Shown here one piece after another: positions 49,380-61,989 of a stretch of DNA of 64,000 nt. Below the pieces are notes generated by a model, which was not told the DNA's origin, did no database searches, and was given only the letters and a program-made list of their open reading frames with translations. Source of the DNA: an uncultured Thiomicrospira sp. Its GTDB lineage: Bacteria; Pseudomonadota; Gammaproteobacteria; CAKMZV01. The stretch lies in contig OZ239628.1 in NCBI GenBank assembly GCA_965195345.1, positions 384,001-448,000 of the forward strand, given 5' to 3'. The translations under genes and the position numbers were made by a program. How positions within the stretch are numbered: position 1 is the stretch's first letter; each line of letters opens with the position of its first letter.

Positions 49380-49862
49380 ATGAAAAATGTTATATTTATA
49401 GGCGTTGCCATATTTTATTTATTAACAGGTTGTTCAGCAACAGTTCCGATGGCAACAAATGAAGAAGCAAAAAGAGTACAACAACTCAATGAACCCAGCC
49501 CTGGAATGGCAGGGATTTATGTTTATCGTGGAGATAAATTCGTTGGAAGAGGTATTACAAGAGACGTGTGGATCAATAATGAATGCATCGGTGCAATTGC
49601 GCCTGAGACATTTCTTTATCACGAAGTCGAGGGAGACAAAGAGAATGAAATTGTTACGGAATCAAAGTCAGGATATAATAAACTAGTTCTTCTTACGAAA
49701 AAGGGAATGCTTTACTTTATAGAACAGTATGTAAAGGTAGGTTTTTTCACGGCTGGGGCAAATCTGAAAATTATTCATGAAGCTGTGGGCAAAGGTCTGG
49801 TGAGTCAATATGGGTTAGCTCAAAAAGGTAATTGTGATAATTCCCCGCCAAGTGAGGAGTAA
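49380..49862 (+). CDS. DUF2846-like lipoprotein
   Basis: Lipobox LTGC; GIYVYR...G and YFIEQYVKVG.F..GANL patterns. Confidence 0.7.
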   Translation: MKNVIFIGVAIFYLLTGCSATVPMATNEEAKRVQQLNEPSPGMAGIYVYRGDKFVGRGITRDVWINNECIGAIAPETFLYHEVEGDKENEIVTESKSGYNKLVLLTKKGMLYFIEQYVKVGFFTAGANLKIIHEAVGKGLVSQYGLAQKGNCDNSPPSEE

Positions 49863-49978
49863 AGGATAGAGATAACAGTTTTTTCTGTTGCAGTACACAT
49901 GGCTTTACCATGAAAGTTTTGATGTAGTAAGGTTTTGTAGTTGAAGTTCGTTTTGAAAAATTGTGTTGGCTGACATAT

Positions 49979-49997
49979 AATGTAACGTTGTAACATT
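49979..49997. promoter_or_regulatory. Putative Zur box
   Basis: AATGTAACGTTGTAACATT resembles the gammaproteobacterial AATGTTATAnTATAACATT box; 20 bp upstream of the merC-like/zur-like pair. Confidence 0.55.
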
Positions 49998-50017
49998 ACT
50001 TTTTCAAAAGGCGCGCT

Positions 50018-50389
50018 ATGAAAAGAGACTTATGGGGCATTTCCTGCTCAATTCTTTGTTTGGTTCATTGTTTGATTACATTGCTCGCAAGTATTGGCGG
50101 TGTGGCGATTCTTGCTGAGTTAGCTCATGGGGGGGATCACGACGTGCATCTGCACGCTGTCCTCATTATTCCTATCGCATTATTCGCGTTATTAAGCTTC
50201 CCTGCTTGCTATAAAAAACATCGCAACCACTTTCCCTTAATAATGGCTATTATAGGTTTGGTTGGCATAATGATTGCCTTACTGTTGCCTCCAGTATGGG
50301 AAACCGTATTTACCGTCGTTGGAAGTTTGTTTTTGGTGGCTGCTCATGGTTGGAATTATCGGTTGAATTTTACTGCCCAATGTCTTTAA
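50018..50389 (+). CDS. MerC-domain membrane protein
   Basis: D..GI..S.LCLVHC motif, 4 TMs, His-rich loop and AAHGWN. Confidence 0.8.
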   Translation: MKRDLWGISCSILCLVHCLITLLASIGGVAILAELAHGGDHDVHLHAVLIIPIALFALLSFPACYKKHRNHFPLIMAIIGLVGIMIALLLPPVWETVFTVVGSLFLVAAHGWNYRLNFTAQCL

Positions 50390-50856
50390 TAAGTCAAACA
50401 CTAATAAACCAAACACTTCAAGCAGCTCAGCAACATTGTCAAGATAAAGGGTTGCAGTTTACAAATAAACGATCTGAAATATTAGAACTTATTCTGCAAT
50501 CAGATAAGCCACTTTCGGCTTATGACATCATCAATATTTATCAAAAACAGTTTGCTAAGGTAATAGCGTCTGTTTCTGTTTATCGAATTTTAGATTTTTT
50601 AATTGACGCACAGCTCGTACATAAACTACAAAGTAGTAATAAGTACTTTGTGTGTGCGCACATACGTTGTACGCATGCACATCAATTGTCTCAATTTTTA
50701 ATTTGCGACCGTTGCCATCAGGTTAGGGAAATTGATATGCAACCGATGCTGACTAAAATGTTAAAAGAAGCAGTCTCCACCGTTGATTTCCAATTAATTG
50801 ATAAAGCAATAGAGTTGCACGGGATTTGTTTCAACTGCCAACAGAATGAAGCTTGA
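50380..50856 (+). CDS. zur: Fur-family regulator (Zur-like)
   Basis: TNKR..IL, PLSAYD, VYRILDFL, C.H..C.H.H, FLICDRC and ELHGICFNC motifs; ATG 50380 overlaps the merC-like gene. Confidence 0.8.
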   Translation: MSLISQTLINQTLQAAQQHCQDKGLQFTNKRSEILELILQSDKPLSAYDIINIYQKQFAKVIASVSVYRILDFLIDAQLVHKLQSSNKYFVCAHIRCTHAHQLSQFLICDRCHQVREIDMQPMLTKMLKEAVSTVDFQLIDKAIELHGICFNCQQNEA

Positions 50857-51035
50857 TTTGTTTGAAGCGTTTGCTTGAGATGTGATTTTTTATCATAACC
50901 GACATTTAATATTTTAAATGTCACTTTACTGAAATGGCACTATAAGCGGTAGCTTAAGAGCAACAATTCTCATTTATTCTGCTGTAAAGTTGGTATAAAA
51001 ATCAGGTGTATTTCAGGTGCTGAAATTTTACGTAA

Positions 51036-51148
51036 AAGAAAATTAAAAAGAAAGTGAAAAAACACTTGCCAAGCGCGGAGTATGTGTATACAATGCGCGC
51101 CTCTCTTGAAAGGGACTTAGGTTCATGAAGAGAGATGTTCTTTAAAAA
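51036..51148 (+). promoter_or_regulatory. rRNA-type promoter and boxA antiterminator
   Basis: A-tract UP element, TTGCCA(51066)-17 bp-TACAAT(51089), GCGCGCC discriminator, boxA-like TGTTCTTTAAAAA at 51136. Confidence 0.85.
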
Positions 51149-51302
51149 TTTGGTAGAGCCAAGAACACGGATCAAAAGCGATTTTCAAATTTAAATCAAT
51201 TTTGTGAAAGTTAATTCAGCGAGTTTAACTTATATTAGTTATTAGTTAGAAAAAATAGTGACGTAGAGTCTCAAATTACTGAAAGGTGATTTGGGGTTAT
51301 AT

Positions 51303-54170
<2,868 letters not shown>

Positions 54171-54296
54171 GTAACACCTAAATCACTTTAGTGATTTGAG
54201 GCTACATAGTTCACTAATCTCAAAAGATTAATTTTTAACGTGGACTTGGCGTTTACCGAATAATGAGGGCTTGCATTGCAAGTGCTCGTACCAGTT

Positions 54297-54414
54297 TGCC
54301 TGGTGACCATAGCAAGATCGAACCACCTGATCCCATACCGAACTCAGAAGTTAAAGGTCTTAGCGCCGATGGTAGTGTGGGAGTTCCCATGTGAGAGTAG
54401 GACATTGTCAGGCA
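54297..54414 (+). rRNA. rrf: 5S ribosomal RNA
   Basis: TGCCTGGTGACCATAGC..CCACCTGATCCCAT.CCGAACTCAGAAG..GCCGATGGTAGT..GAGAGTAGG..CAGGCA. Confidence 0.97.
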
Positions 54415-54428
54415 TTGAACATCCCCCT

Positions 54429-54461
54429 GGGGTGGCAGCTTTTAGTTGTCGCCCCTTTTTT
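54429..54461 (+). terminator. Intrinsic terminator of the 23S-5S unit
   Basis: GGGGTGGCAGCT-ttt-AGTTGTCGCCCC followed by TTTTTT. Confidence 0.85.
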
Positions 54462-55301
54462 ATGGGAGAATCTCACTGTGTTATGTGTCTTTTTTTCGTA
54501 GTAGTAGCAAAGAGCTTGTATTGAGGAACATGTCAACATTACTGATGCGTTCCGAATGCTTTGAAAAAACACAATAAACATTCATTAACGGTAGTGGAAA
54601 TGTGCCAATTGGAAGCGGAAGTGAGGCATGAATTTGGAGTACCAAAAAGCATGATATACCCTCAACCTTTATTGTGATGTGCGGTTAGATTCTTATTAGC
54701 ACCAAATATGTCATTTTCAATATTGATATCTTAATATACTTTTTTTTATAACTTCATGTTTGCGTTGTTCATATATTTTGGTATTAACGTCACGTCATTT
54801 TTGGTTGCACTACGATTCCGATCAGCTACTGAACTCTAGTGTGATAGTCATAGTATTTGCGTGATAATCTCACCATCCAAATTGGTAGTGTAGTCGTTGG
54901 GCTATTTCATAGGAATAGTAGAACCTCCATCTTCTGTGGTATTTTCATCGCCAAAGGAATTGCCATTTAAACTTATGATTGCGAAGATATCAAAAAAATC
55001 TTCAACGTTTCAATCGGCGATGAAAATTGCCCAGTTGATATCCATGTCTGAAAATTGGTCAATATGCGCTGAATGTGTTGCTGTGAAAGTATTATGTTTA
55101 AAAAACTATATGCATATTTCATGCGGATTCAATTAACGGTTCTTTGAAGAGCTGATTAAAAAGAAATCGTTCCCCCATTTAACGAGCGTTTGTATGTAAG
55201 TATTGACTACTGATGCTAGGAAAAACTGCGAGTGAAGTATGGTGGTATTGATGAATTCATACAAAGGTATGCGAAGTGATGATTATTCGCCAGTCGTTGC
55301 T

Positions 55302-55805
55302 CTAAATATTTCGTGAGTCGTAAGCCCAATGCAACAGTGCTTGCCTTTGTTTTTTGCGACAATTGAGATCAAATGGTTCGCAGTATTTTTTTAATGCGCC
55401 GATGTGGCGTTTAAAAGCACGCCAACGGTTTATTTGGTGCATGTCTTCTATTTCGGTTCTTCGACCTAAGTAATATCTGCAATACCATTGAAACCATCCA
55501 CGAGGGTCTTGAGGGTGTATCCAGCCTTTATTCATCCAAACAGATAGAGGCTGCGAGGCATCAATAGCAAAATAATTTAAGCGGATGTCTTTTTTAGTGG
55601 GACTGAGCTTTGCGTTGGCGAACCAATGTGCAGGAAACTCTTCGGTGCAGTCAGTTAAATATTTCCCTCCAAACACCCCCAACGATAGCATGTCTTTGGG
55701 GGTTAGTTCGGGGGTGAAATCAGACTGAAAATTTTTACCGCTGGGTTCAACGCAAATATAATAATATCCTTGTTGCATTTTGTCATGAACATGAATTTTC
55801 TTCAT
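55302..55805 (-). CDS. Conserved hypothetical Trp/Arg-rich protein
   Basis: PELTP..ML.LGVFGGKY, DPRGWFQWYCRYYLGRR, QI.RW..F.RH and RQALLHWAYD motif blocks. Confidence 0.75.
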   Translation of the reverse strand: MKKIHVHDKMQQGYYYICVEPSGKNFQSDFTPELTPKDMLSLGVFGGKYLTDCTEEFPAHWFANAKLSPTKKDIRLNYFAIDASQPLSVWMNKGWIHPQDPRGWFQWYCRYYLGRRTEIEDMHQINRWRAFKRHIGALKKYCEPFDLNCRKKQRQALLHWAYDSRNI

Positions 55806-55842
55806 AGTGTCTATTATTAATGGTTGTATATTGTGGACTTGG

Positions 55843-57102
55843 CTATGAGTTTAACAGGTTCGTTTCAAAAGGAAATTGCGATAGTAACTCGATCCCATTT
55901 TCTTTGATGAGTACTTGCTCTTCTAACTTGACGCCTTCGTGTCCGCCTTCTTCACCGATGTAGCTCTCTACGCAAATGGTCATTCCTGCTTGTAGTATTC
56001 CATTGTAGCCCGCATTGGGAAAGTCACTGTGGTGATATAGATATGGAAATTCGCCAGTCATACCCACACCATGAGCCGACAAGTAATATCGATTAGCATG
56101 ATATTTTGGGGGGATGTCCCAAGCTTTTTCTGCGTACTCTCGAAAGGTCATGCCTGCTTTTAAAATGCTAAGATTGTGTTGAACTTGTTCGTAGGCTACT
56201 TTATAAAGAGTGCGTTGATCTTCAGTCGGATCATTAGGTCCTGCATGGAAGGTTCGGGAAAAGTCAGCGTAATATCCGTGACAACCAACCACATCGGTAT
56301 CAAGGGCGATTAATTCATTTTCGCCAATGATTTTGGGTGATGTTTCTTGAAACCAAGGATTTGTGCGCTCTCCAGAATTCAATAATCGTGTTTCTACATA
56401 GTCGCCATTAAGGGCAATTATTGTCTGATGCAAAATAGACCACAATTGATTCTCTGATAATCCCGGTCGAATAGATTCACGCAATTTGCCAACACCGATT
56501 TCTGTAGCACGCAGCGAGGCGACGACGCATTTCATTTCCTCATCAGACTTGATTGCTCTTGCCATTTCAACGGATTCTTGGGCGTCTACCAACTGTGCAC
56601 CTTCTTCAGCCATTGCCAATGTTACTCCAGCATTCATCCTTTCCATACCGATTATGGGGTTTTTACCAACCAATTCACCGATGGTGTGCATTATGTCTTT
56701 CGCCCATGTTTTCTCACGTATGGTAATGCCTGAACCTGCAGCAACAAAACTTGCAGTTAAGGCTGGGCGTACTTCGCTAATGGTTTCATAGCCATCTGCA
56801 AGGTGCATACAACCAGTAAACTCATACAATATGGATTCGTTTTGAGTTAATAATAGATAGCGAGACGGTGCATTTCTTGCTGAGAATACTTGCATATTTC
56901 TTGTTCCCGTTGCATATCGAATGTTGACGGAATCTGAAAGTATAAGGGCATCAATATTACGAGATGCCATTTCTTTACGGACACGCTGTAGGCGGTATTG
57001 ACGTACCGATTTTAAATCAATTGTTTGGTTATCTGCTACGCTGTCGAGTTGTGCTAAAAGCGCGAGGTCTGCGCGTTCAGCATGCCAATCTAAATTTGCC
57101 AT
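55843..57102 (-). CDS. M24-family metalloenzyme, DddP (DMSP lyase)-like
   Basis: NIRYAT..RNMQ, RTNPWFQE, DTD..G..GY.ADFSR, HGVG..E.P, CVESY.G and KLEEQV motifs. Confidence 0.75.
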   Translation of the reverse strand: MANLDWHAERADLALLAQLDSVADNQTIDLKSVRQYRLQRVRKEMASRNIDALILSDSVNIRYATGTRNMQVFSARNAPSRYLLLTQNESILYEFTGCMHLADGYETISEVRPALTASFVAAGSGITIREKTWAKDIMHTIGELVGKNPIIGMERMNAGVTLAMAEEGAQLVDAQESVEMARAIKSDEEMKCVVASLRATEIGVGKLRESIRPGLSENQLWSILHQTIIALNGDYVETRLLNSGERTNPWFQETSPKIIGENELIALDTDVVGCHGYYADFSRTFHAGPNDPTEDQRTLYKVAYEQVQHNLSILKAGMTFREYAEKAWDIPPKYHANRYYLSAHGVGMTGEFPYLYHHSDFPNAGYNGILQAGMTICVESYIGEEGGHEGVKLEEQVLIKENGIELLSQFPFETNLLNS

Positions 57103-57256
57103 AATTGCCTTTTAAAATTCTTACTTGCATTTTTTTATTTCAATATTCATCAAATACTCTTGCATGCTGAATTCTACACTGCTTGGTATAGTAATGGCTT
57201 TAGAGGGTACAATTCCTCTTTATATATTTTCTACTACTTTACTACAGGATGACATT

Positions 57257-57685
57257 ATGTTACGAGGGTTCAAGTGTTGGTTGTTGGTCGGTTGTTTTTT
57301 ATCAACAGGGGTGCTTGCAGAGCAAACAGCACTGACGGTGGTTGTTAAAAAAGTAGAATCCAATGAAGGAGAGATTGCTATAGCAATCTATAGAGACAAA
57401 GACAACTGGTTGGATACAGACTTTGCTTTTCTCAAGAAAAGAGTTAAAGCTCAAAGCGGAGAAACGCGCATTTTTTTCCCGTCATTACCTATCGGGGAAT
57501 ACGCCATCGCCGTTTATCATGATGAAAACGGTGATGGCTCGATGGATACTAATTTCATAGGAATTCCAACGGAAGGGGCTGGTGCCAGTCGTGACGCGGA
57601 AGGCAACTTTGGACCGCCATCTTTTGAAGATGCTGTTTTCAATTTTAAGGAGTCATCCACTACGGTTATACATCTTAATTATTGA
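57257..57685 (+). CDS. DUF2141 family exported protein
   Basis: Signal peptide; GEYAIAVYHDENGDG..D.NF.GIP.EG.G.S and FGPPSF motifs; ATG 57257 with an AGGA RBS. Confidence 0.85.
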   Translation: MLRGFKCWLLVGCFLSTGVLAEQTALTVVVKKVESNEGEIAIAIYRDKDNWLDTDFAFLKKRVKAQSGETRIFFPSLPIGEYAIAVYHDENGDGSMDTNFIGIPTEGAGASRDAEGNFGPPSFEDAVFNFKESSTTVIHLNY

Positions 57686-57759
57686 AGGTTGTCTTAATCA
57701 ACAGAGATGATTACGTTTAAAAAGAGAAATTAAAGAGTGTTAGTAAGTAAAATGCGATT

Positions 57760-58248
57760 ATGAGTCAAGAAATAATAGCAGTTTATCCTGGTACTTTTGA
57801 TCCTGTTACTAATGGTCATGTAGATGTAATTCAGCGCGGTGCTCGATTATTTAAACGTTTGGTGGTGGCAGTAAGTGAACACAATCAAAAGCAGACGCTA
57901 TTCGATTTGCAAGAGCGCATAGCGATGGTTGAGCATGTGTGCAGCTCAATGAGCAACGTATCGGTAGCAGGTTTTAGCGGTTTGTTGGTTGATTGTGTTA
58001 AACAACATCAGGCGGGTGTGCTAATACGTGGACTACGCGCCGTCTCAGATTTTGAATATGAATTTCAACTGGCAACAATGAATCGCCGTCTTAGCTCTAA
58101 TGTTGAAACTATATTTCTTACGCCTGCTGAGCATAATACCTTCTTGTCAAGCACGTTGGTTCGAGAAATAGCGGGTCTTAAAGGCGATGTGTCCTCTTTT
58201 GTTGATCCATTTGTAGCGGATAAATTGAGCAAGCGTTTCCAAGTATAA
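57760..58248 (+). CDS. coaD: Phosphopantetheine adenylyltransferase
   Basis: [24 protein letters not shown] and SSTLVREIA motifs. Confidence 0.98.
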   Translation: MSQEIIAVYPGTFDPVTNGHVDVIQRGARLFKRLVVAVSEHNQKQTLFDLQERIAMVEHVCSSMSNVSVAGFSGLLVDCVKQHQAGVLIRGLRAVSDFEYEFQLATMNRRLSSNVETIFLTPAEHNTFLSSTLVREIAGLKGDVSSFVDPFVADKLSKRFQV

Positions 58249-58256
58249 TAAGAGCT

Positions 58257-59276
58257 ATGTTAACATTTATAAACCCTAATCGCAAGTGGGGCGAAGTTTG
58301 TAATGATTGGAAGATCGAAGAAGTTCGAGCAATCATGACAAAACCATTTTCTGATTTAATATTCCTTGCCCAGCAAGTTCATCGTCAACACTTTGATCCC
58401 AATGAAGTACAGGTAAGTACTTTATGCAGTATTAAAACGGGCGGTTGTGCCGAAGACTGTGCTTATTGTGCGCAAAGTGCGCGCTATCAGACCGATGTTG
58501 AAAAGGAACGGATGATGGCTGTTTCTGAGGTGGTTGAAAAAGCCAAAGCTGCAAAAGAAGCTGGCGCTACTCGTTTTTGTATGGGGGCTGCTTGGCGTAA
58601 TCCTAAACAACGTCAATTAGCCGACGTTGCAGACATGGTGCGCGAAGTGAAAGCGCTTGGATTGGAGGTGTGTGCAACGTTGGGCATGCTGACCCCCGAA
58701 CAAGCAAAGACTTTGCATGATTCAGGACTTGATTATTACAACCACAATCTTGATACCTCAGAGGCGTACTATCCTAAAGTCATTACCACGCGAACTTTTC
58801 AAGATCGATTGGACACTTTGGAAGCAGTGCGTATGGAAGGGATGAAAGTGTGTAGCGGTGCCATTATTGGTTTGGGCGAAGAACACAAAGATCGCGCTGA
58901 ATTATTGCGAACGTTTGCCAATTTAGAACATCATCCAGAGAGTGTGCCGATTAATTTGTTGGTACCTATTGAGGGAACTCCTTTGGCGCATATGCGCGAT
59001 AAAACGGATGCTTTTGAGTTTGTTCGAGTGATAGCTACAGCGCGCATTTTAATGCCTAAGTCACGTGTTCGTCTATCGGCGGGGCGTAATGAGATGAGTG
59101 ATCAAACGCAGGCTTTATGTTTCCTCGCAGGGGCAAATTCTATTTTTTATGGTGACCAATTATTGACCACGGATAATCCAGATACCCAAGCAGACAAAGA
59201 GTTACTTAATCGATTAGGGATGTACATTCAAAGCGGCGAGGCTGCTCTCGAAGAAGCGCGTGTAGCTTCAAAGTAA
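58257..59276 (+). CDS. bioB: Biotin synthase
   Basis: [15 protein letters not shown] radical-SAM motif, YNHNLDT, PESVPIN and RLSAGR. Confidence 0.98.
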   Translation: MLTFINPNRKWGEVCNDWKIEEVRAIMTKPFSDLIFLAQQVHRQHFDPNEVQVSTLCSIKTGGCAEDCAYCAQSARYQTDVEKERMMAVSEVVEKAKAAKEAGATRFCMGAAWRNPKQRQLADVADMVREVKALGLEVCATLGMLTPEQAKTLHDSGLDYYNHNLDTSEAYYPKVITTRTFQDRLDTLEAVRMEGMKVCSGAIIGLGEEHKDRAELLRTFANLEHHPESVPINLLVPIEGTPLAHMRDKTDAFEFVRVIATARILMPKSRVRLSAGRNEMSDQTQALCFLAGANSIFYGDQLLTTDNPDTQADKELLNRLGMYIQSGEAALEEARVASK

Positions 59277-60422
59277 ATGGCACCTCTCTTAGAGCGGGCA
59301 AGGGATATAGTCAACAGTAGCAAGGCGAAACGTTTGTATCGACAGACGTACGCTACTGTTGCATCAAAAAACGCACGTTTCACTCATGATGGGAAAGAAT
59401 ATTTGGGTTTTTGTTCCAATGACTATCTTGGTTTAGCAAATCACAAAGCACTCATAGTAGCCCAGCAAGATGGCGTTAAAAAATATGGACTTGGAGCAGG
59501 ATCTGCGCATCTAATTATTGGGCATAGTGAGGCACACGGGACGCTTGAAAAACTTTTTTCTCAATATTTAGGCGTTGAGGATGCTTTGTTGTTCTCTACG
59601 GGTTATATGGCAAATATTGGGGTGATGAGTGCATTGGTTATGCGTGATGATGTGCTTTATAGCGATCGGTTAAATCATGCATCACTTATCGATGCGCAAC
59701 GCTTGAGCCGAGCAAAGGTACATCGTTATGGGCACCTTGATCTTGCTTGGGTCAAAAAGCATTTTGATGACAGGCGAACAAATTGGATTGTCAGCGATGG
59801 TATTTTTTCAATGGATGGTGATAGCGTCGATACTTCCGAATTGTTAGCATTGAGCACGCGCTGTAATATTTATATTGATGATGCTCACGGCTTTGGCGTT
59901 ATTGGTGGTGGGCGTGGGGTACTGGGCGACCATAAGATTCCAGATAATTTATTGTATATGGCAACGCTTGGAAAAGCAGCAGGCGTAAGTGGTGCTTTGG
60001 TTGGAGGAAAGGCTGAAATTATTGATGCTCTACGGCAAGTAGCGCGCACGTGGATGTTTACTACAGCGATGCCTCCGTCGCTCAGTTGTGCTGCACAAAA
60101 AAGCATGGATTTGATTTTTAGTGATGAGGGGAGTGCTTTAAGGCAAAAGTTGCAAGCAAATATATCGCATCTCCGTGAAGGATTGCTTCAACAAAAATGG
60201 GTTATGATGGATTCACAAACACCGATTCAGCCGATATTGGTTGGGTGCGCTGAAGATGCGTTGGAATTGTCATTTAAGTTACGTGAACAAGGTTTTTGGG
60301 TTCCTGCCATTCGCCCTCCAACCGTTCCCGAAGGCGAAGCGCGTTTGCGTATTACACTAAGCGCGGCACACAGCAGCGATGATATTGATGCATTTTTGGA
60401 TGCTATGGAGAAGGTGTTATGA
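59277..60422 (+). CDS. bioF: 8-amino-7-oxononanoate synthase
   Basis: SNDYLGLA, GYMAN, DRLNHASLID, FSMDGD, DDAHG, TLGKA and IRPPTVP motifs. Confidence 0.96.
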   Translation: MAPLLERARDIVNSSKAKRLYRQTYATVASKNARFTHDGKEYLGFCSNDYLGLANHKALIVAQQDGVKKYGLGAGSAHLIIGHSEAHGTLEKLFSQYLGVEDALLFSTGYMANIGVMSALVMRDDVLYSDRLNHASLIDAQRLSRAKVHRYGHLDLAWVKKHFDDRRTNWIVSDGIFSMDGDSVDTSELLALSTRCNIYIDDAHGFGVIGGGRGVLGDHKIPDNLLYMATLGKAAGVSGALVGGKAEIIDALRQVARTWMFTTAMPPSLSCAAQKSMDLIFSDEGSALRQKLQANISHLREGLLQQKWVMMDSQTPIQPILVGCAEDALELSFKLREQGFWVPAIRPPTVPEGEARLRITLSAAHSSDDIDAFLDAMEKVL

Positions 60423-61024
60423 TTGAAAACCAGAACAAGTCGTTTATTCTTGCCTCGTCATCGCCCACACGTAAGCAGTTGCTTGAGCGTTTGGTGTTGC
60501 CTTTTGAATGTATTAGCCCCAACATTGATGAGAGCCGCTTGTCGAATGAACTAGTAGAGGATTTTGTTGTTCGGTTGGCGCGCTCAAAAGCTAAGAAAAT
60601 CAGCACTGAAAATCCGCATGCATTGGTTGTAGGTTGTGATGAGGTTGTGGTTAATCTTGATGTGGACGCTCAAATCCACTTAGGTAAACCTGGCAACCAT
60701 GAAGTTGCGATAACTTATTTGCAACAGGCATCAAATTGTCGTTTGCGCTTTTTAAGTGCTATGAGCGTCTGTTATATGGGTGAGGAGCGTAATTTTTTGG
60801 CTAATACTTATGTTCAATTTAAAAAATTGACTGCCGATGAGATTGAGTATTATTTGCAATCAGACAAACCGTATCAGTGCGCAGGAGCGTTTAAGTCGGA
60901 GACATTAGGTGTGGCGCTTTGTGAATCAATCGTGGAAGACGAACCGGGTGCGTTGATGGGATTGCCGTTGATTAGCTTGTGTAAGGTTTTGACGGAGTTT
61001 GGACTGAGCCCGCTTCGGGCTTGA
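60419..61024 (+). CDS. Maf-family nucleotide pyrophosphatase (YceF-like)
   Basis: ILASSSP.R..LL, IDE, LGKP, CAGAFKSE and GLPL motifs. Confidence 0.92.
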   Translation: MIENQNKSFILASSSPTRKQLLERLVLPFECISPNIDESRLSNELVEDFVVRLARSKAKKISTENPHALVVGCDEVVVNLDVDAQIHLGKPGNHEVAITYLQQASNCRLRFLSAMSVCYMGEERNFLANTYVQFKKLTADEIEYYLQSDKPYQCAGAFKSETLGVALCESIVEDEPGALMGLPLISLCKVLTEFGLSPLRA

Positions 61025-61089
61025 TTTTCTGAAAAATTGCTACCGTTCTGATAGCAATTGAATGCAGTTTTCGGGTTTAATTTGAGGTT

Positions 61090-61533
61090 TTAGCTCAGGC
61101 GCTTGCGGATTTCTTCGCTAACAAATTTCATGTCGGCGCGCGTGCCTAAAGCAGTTTTTGCCAGTCCCATTACTTTGCCCAAATCTTTTATGCCTTCGGG
61201 TTTGGCTTGTTTCATTAGATCGTCTATTTTGGATTTTATTTCTTCTTGCGTATAAGGTTTTGGAAGGAACGATTCAACAATTTCCATCTCCGACTGTTCT
61301 TTTATCGTTAGATCTTCTCGACCAGCTGCATCAAATTGTTTGATGGATTCTAAGTACTGTTTTTTCATTTTATTGATTATGTCCAGTACACCACCATCAT
61401 CCAATTGCAAACGACCATCAATTTCTTTTTGTTTGATTGCTGAGTTTATCATGCGAATTGTGCCAGAGCGCATTTTATCTCCAGCCTTCATGGCTTCATG
61501 CATCTCGTTATTTAATCGCAGTTTTAAAGACAT
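61090..61533 (-). CDS. GatB/YqeY domain protein
   Basis: AMKAGDK, IKQKEID, SI.QF..AGREDL and DLGKVMG motifs; follows rpsU. Confidence 0.93.
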   Translation of the reverse strand: MSLKLRLNNEMHEAMKAGDKMRSGTIRMINSAIKQKEIDGRLQLDDGGVLDIINKMKKQYLESIKQFDAAGREDLTIKEQSEMEIVESFLPKPYTQEEIKSKIDDLMKQAKPEGIKDLGKVMGLAKTALGTRADMKFVSEEIRKRLS

Positions 61534-61573
61534 GGTTTTTTGCTGACCTGTAACTTTGTGCAAGCTTTCTTAA

Positions 61574-61786
61574 TTATCGACCGCTCAACATAGCACGTTC
61601 ACGACCAAGGCGAATGTGAAGCCGCTTGCGTGCCATTGCTTTGGTACGCTTCTTTGCCCAAGTAGGCTTTTCATAAAATTCACGAACTCTTGATTCAGCA
61701 ACGATTCCTGCCTTATCGCAAGAGCGTTTGAAGTGGTGTAAAGCTGACTCAAAAGAATCGTTTTCGCGGATAGTTATGCTTGGCAT
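61574..61786 (-). CDS. rpsU: 30S ribosomal protein S21
   Basis: MP.I.IRENDSF..AL..FKRSC.KAG and REFYEKPT motifs. Confidence 0.96.
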   Translation of the reverse strand: MPSITIRENDSFESALHHFKRSCDKAGIVAESRVREFYEKPTWAKKRTKAMARKRLHIRLGRERAMLSGR

Positions 61787-61989
61787 TTGTGGATAATCCT
61801 TAAAGTATTTTGTGCACTTAACAGTGTTGAATAAATCAACACCCCGTAAATAAAAAGGAGGGGATTATACCAGATGAGATGATAAATCTCCAAAAGCTGA
61901 ACGCGTTGATCGATAAAAGGTTGTGCTTTAAGTGCAGATATAGGGGTGGCGATTTAGAAAAGGTTTAGAAGATGGGGATAATTTTTTAT

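Noticed and set aside
61788-61796. Perfect DnaA box (TTATCCACA on the minus strand) between the rpsU RBS and start codon
   Set aside because: A single 9-mer is expected by chance about once in a window of this size and composition, and there is no cluster.
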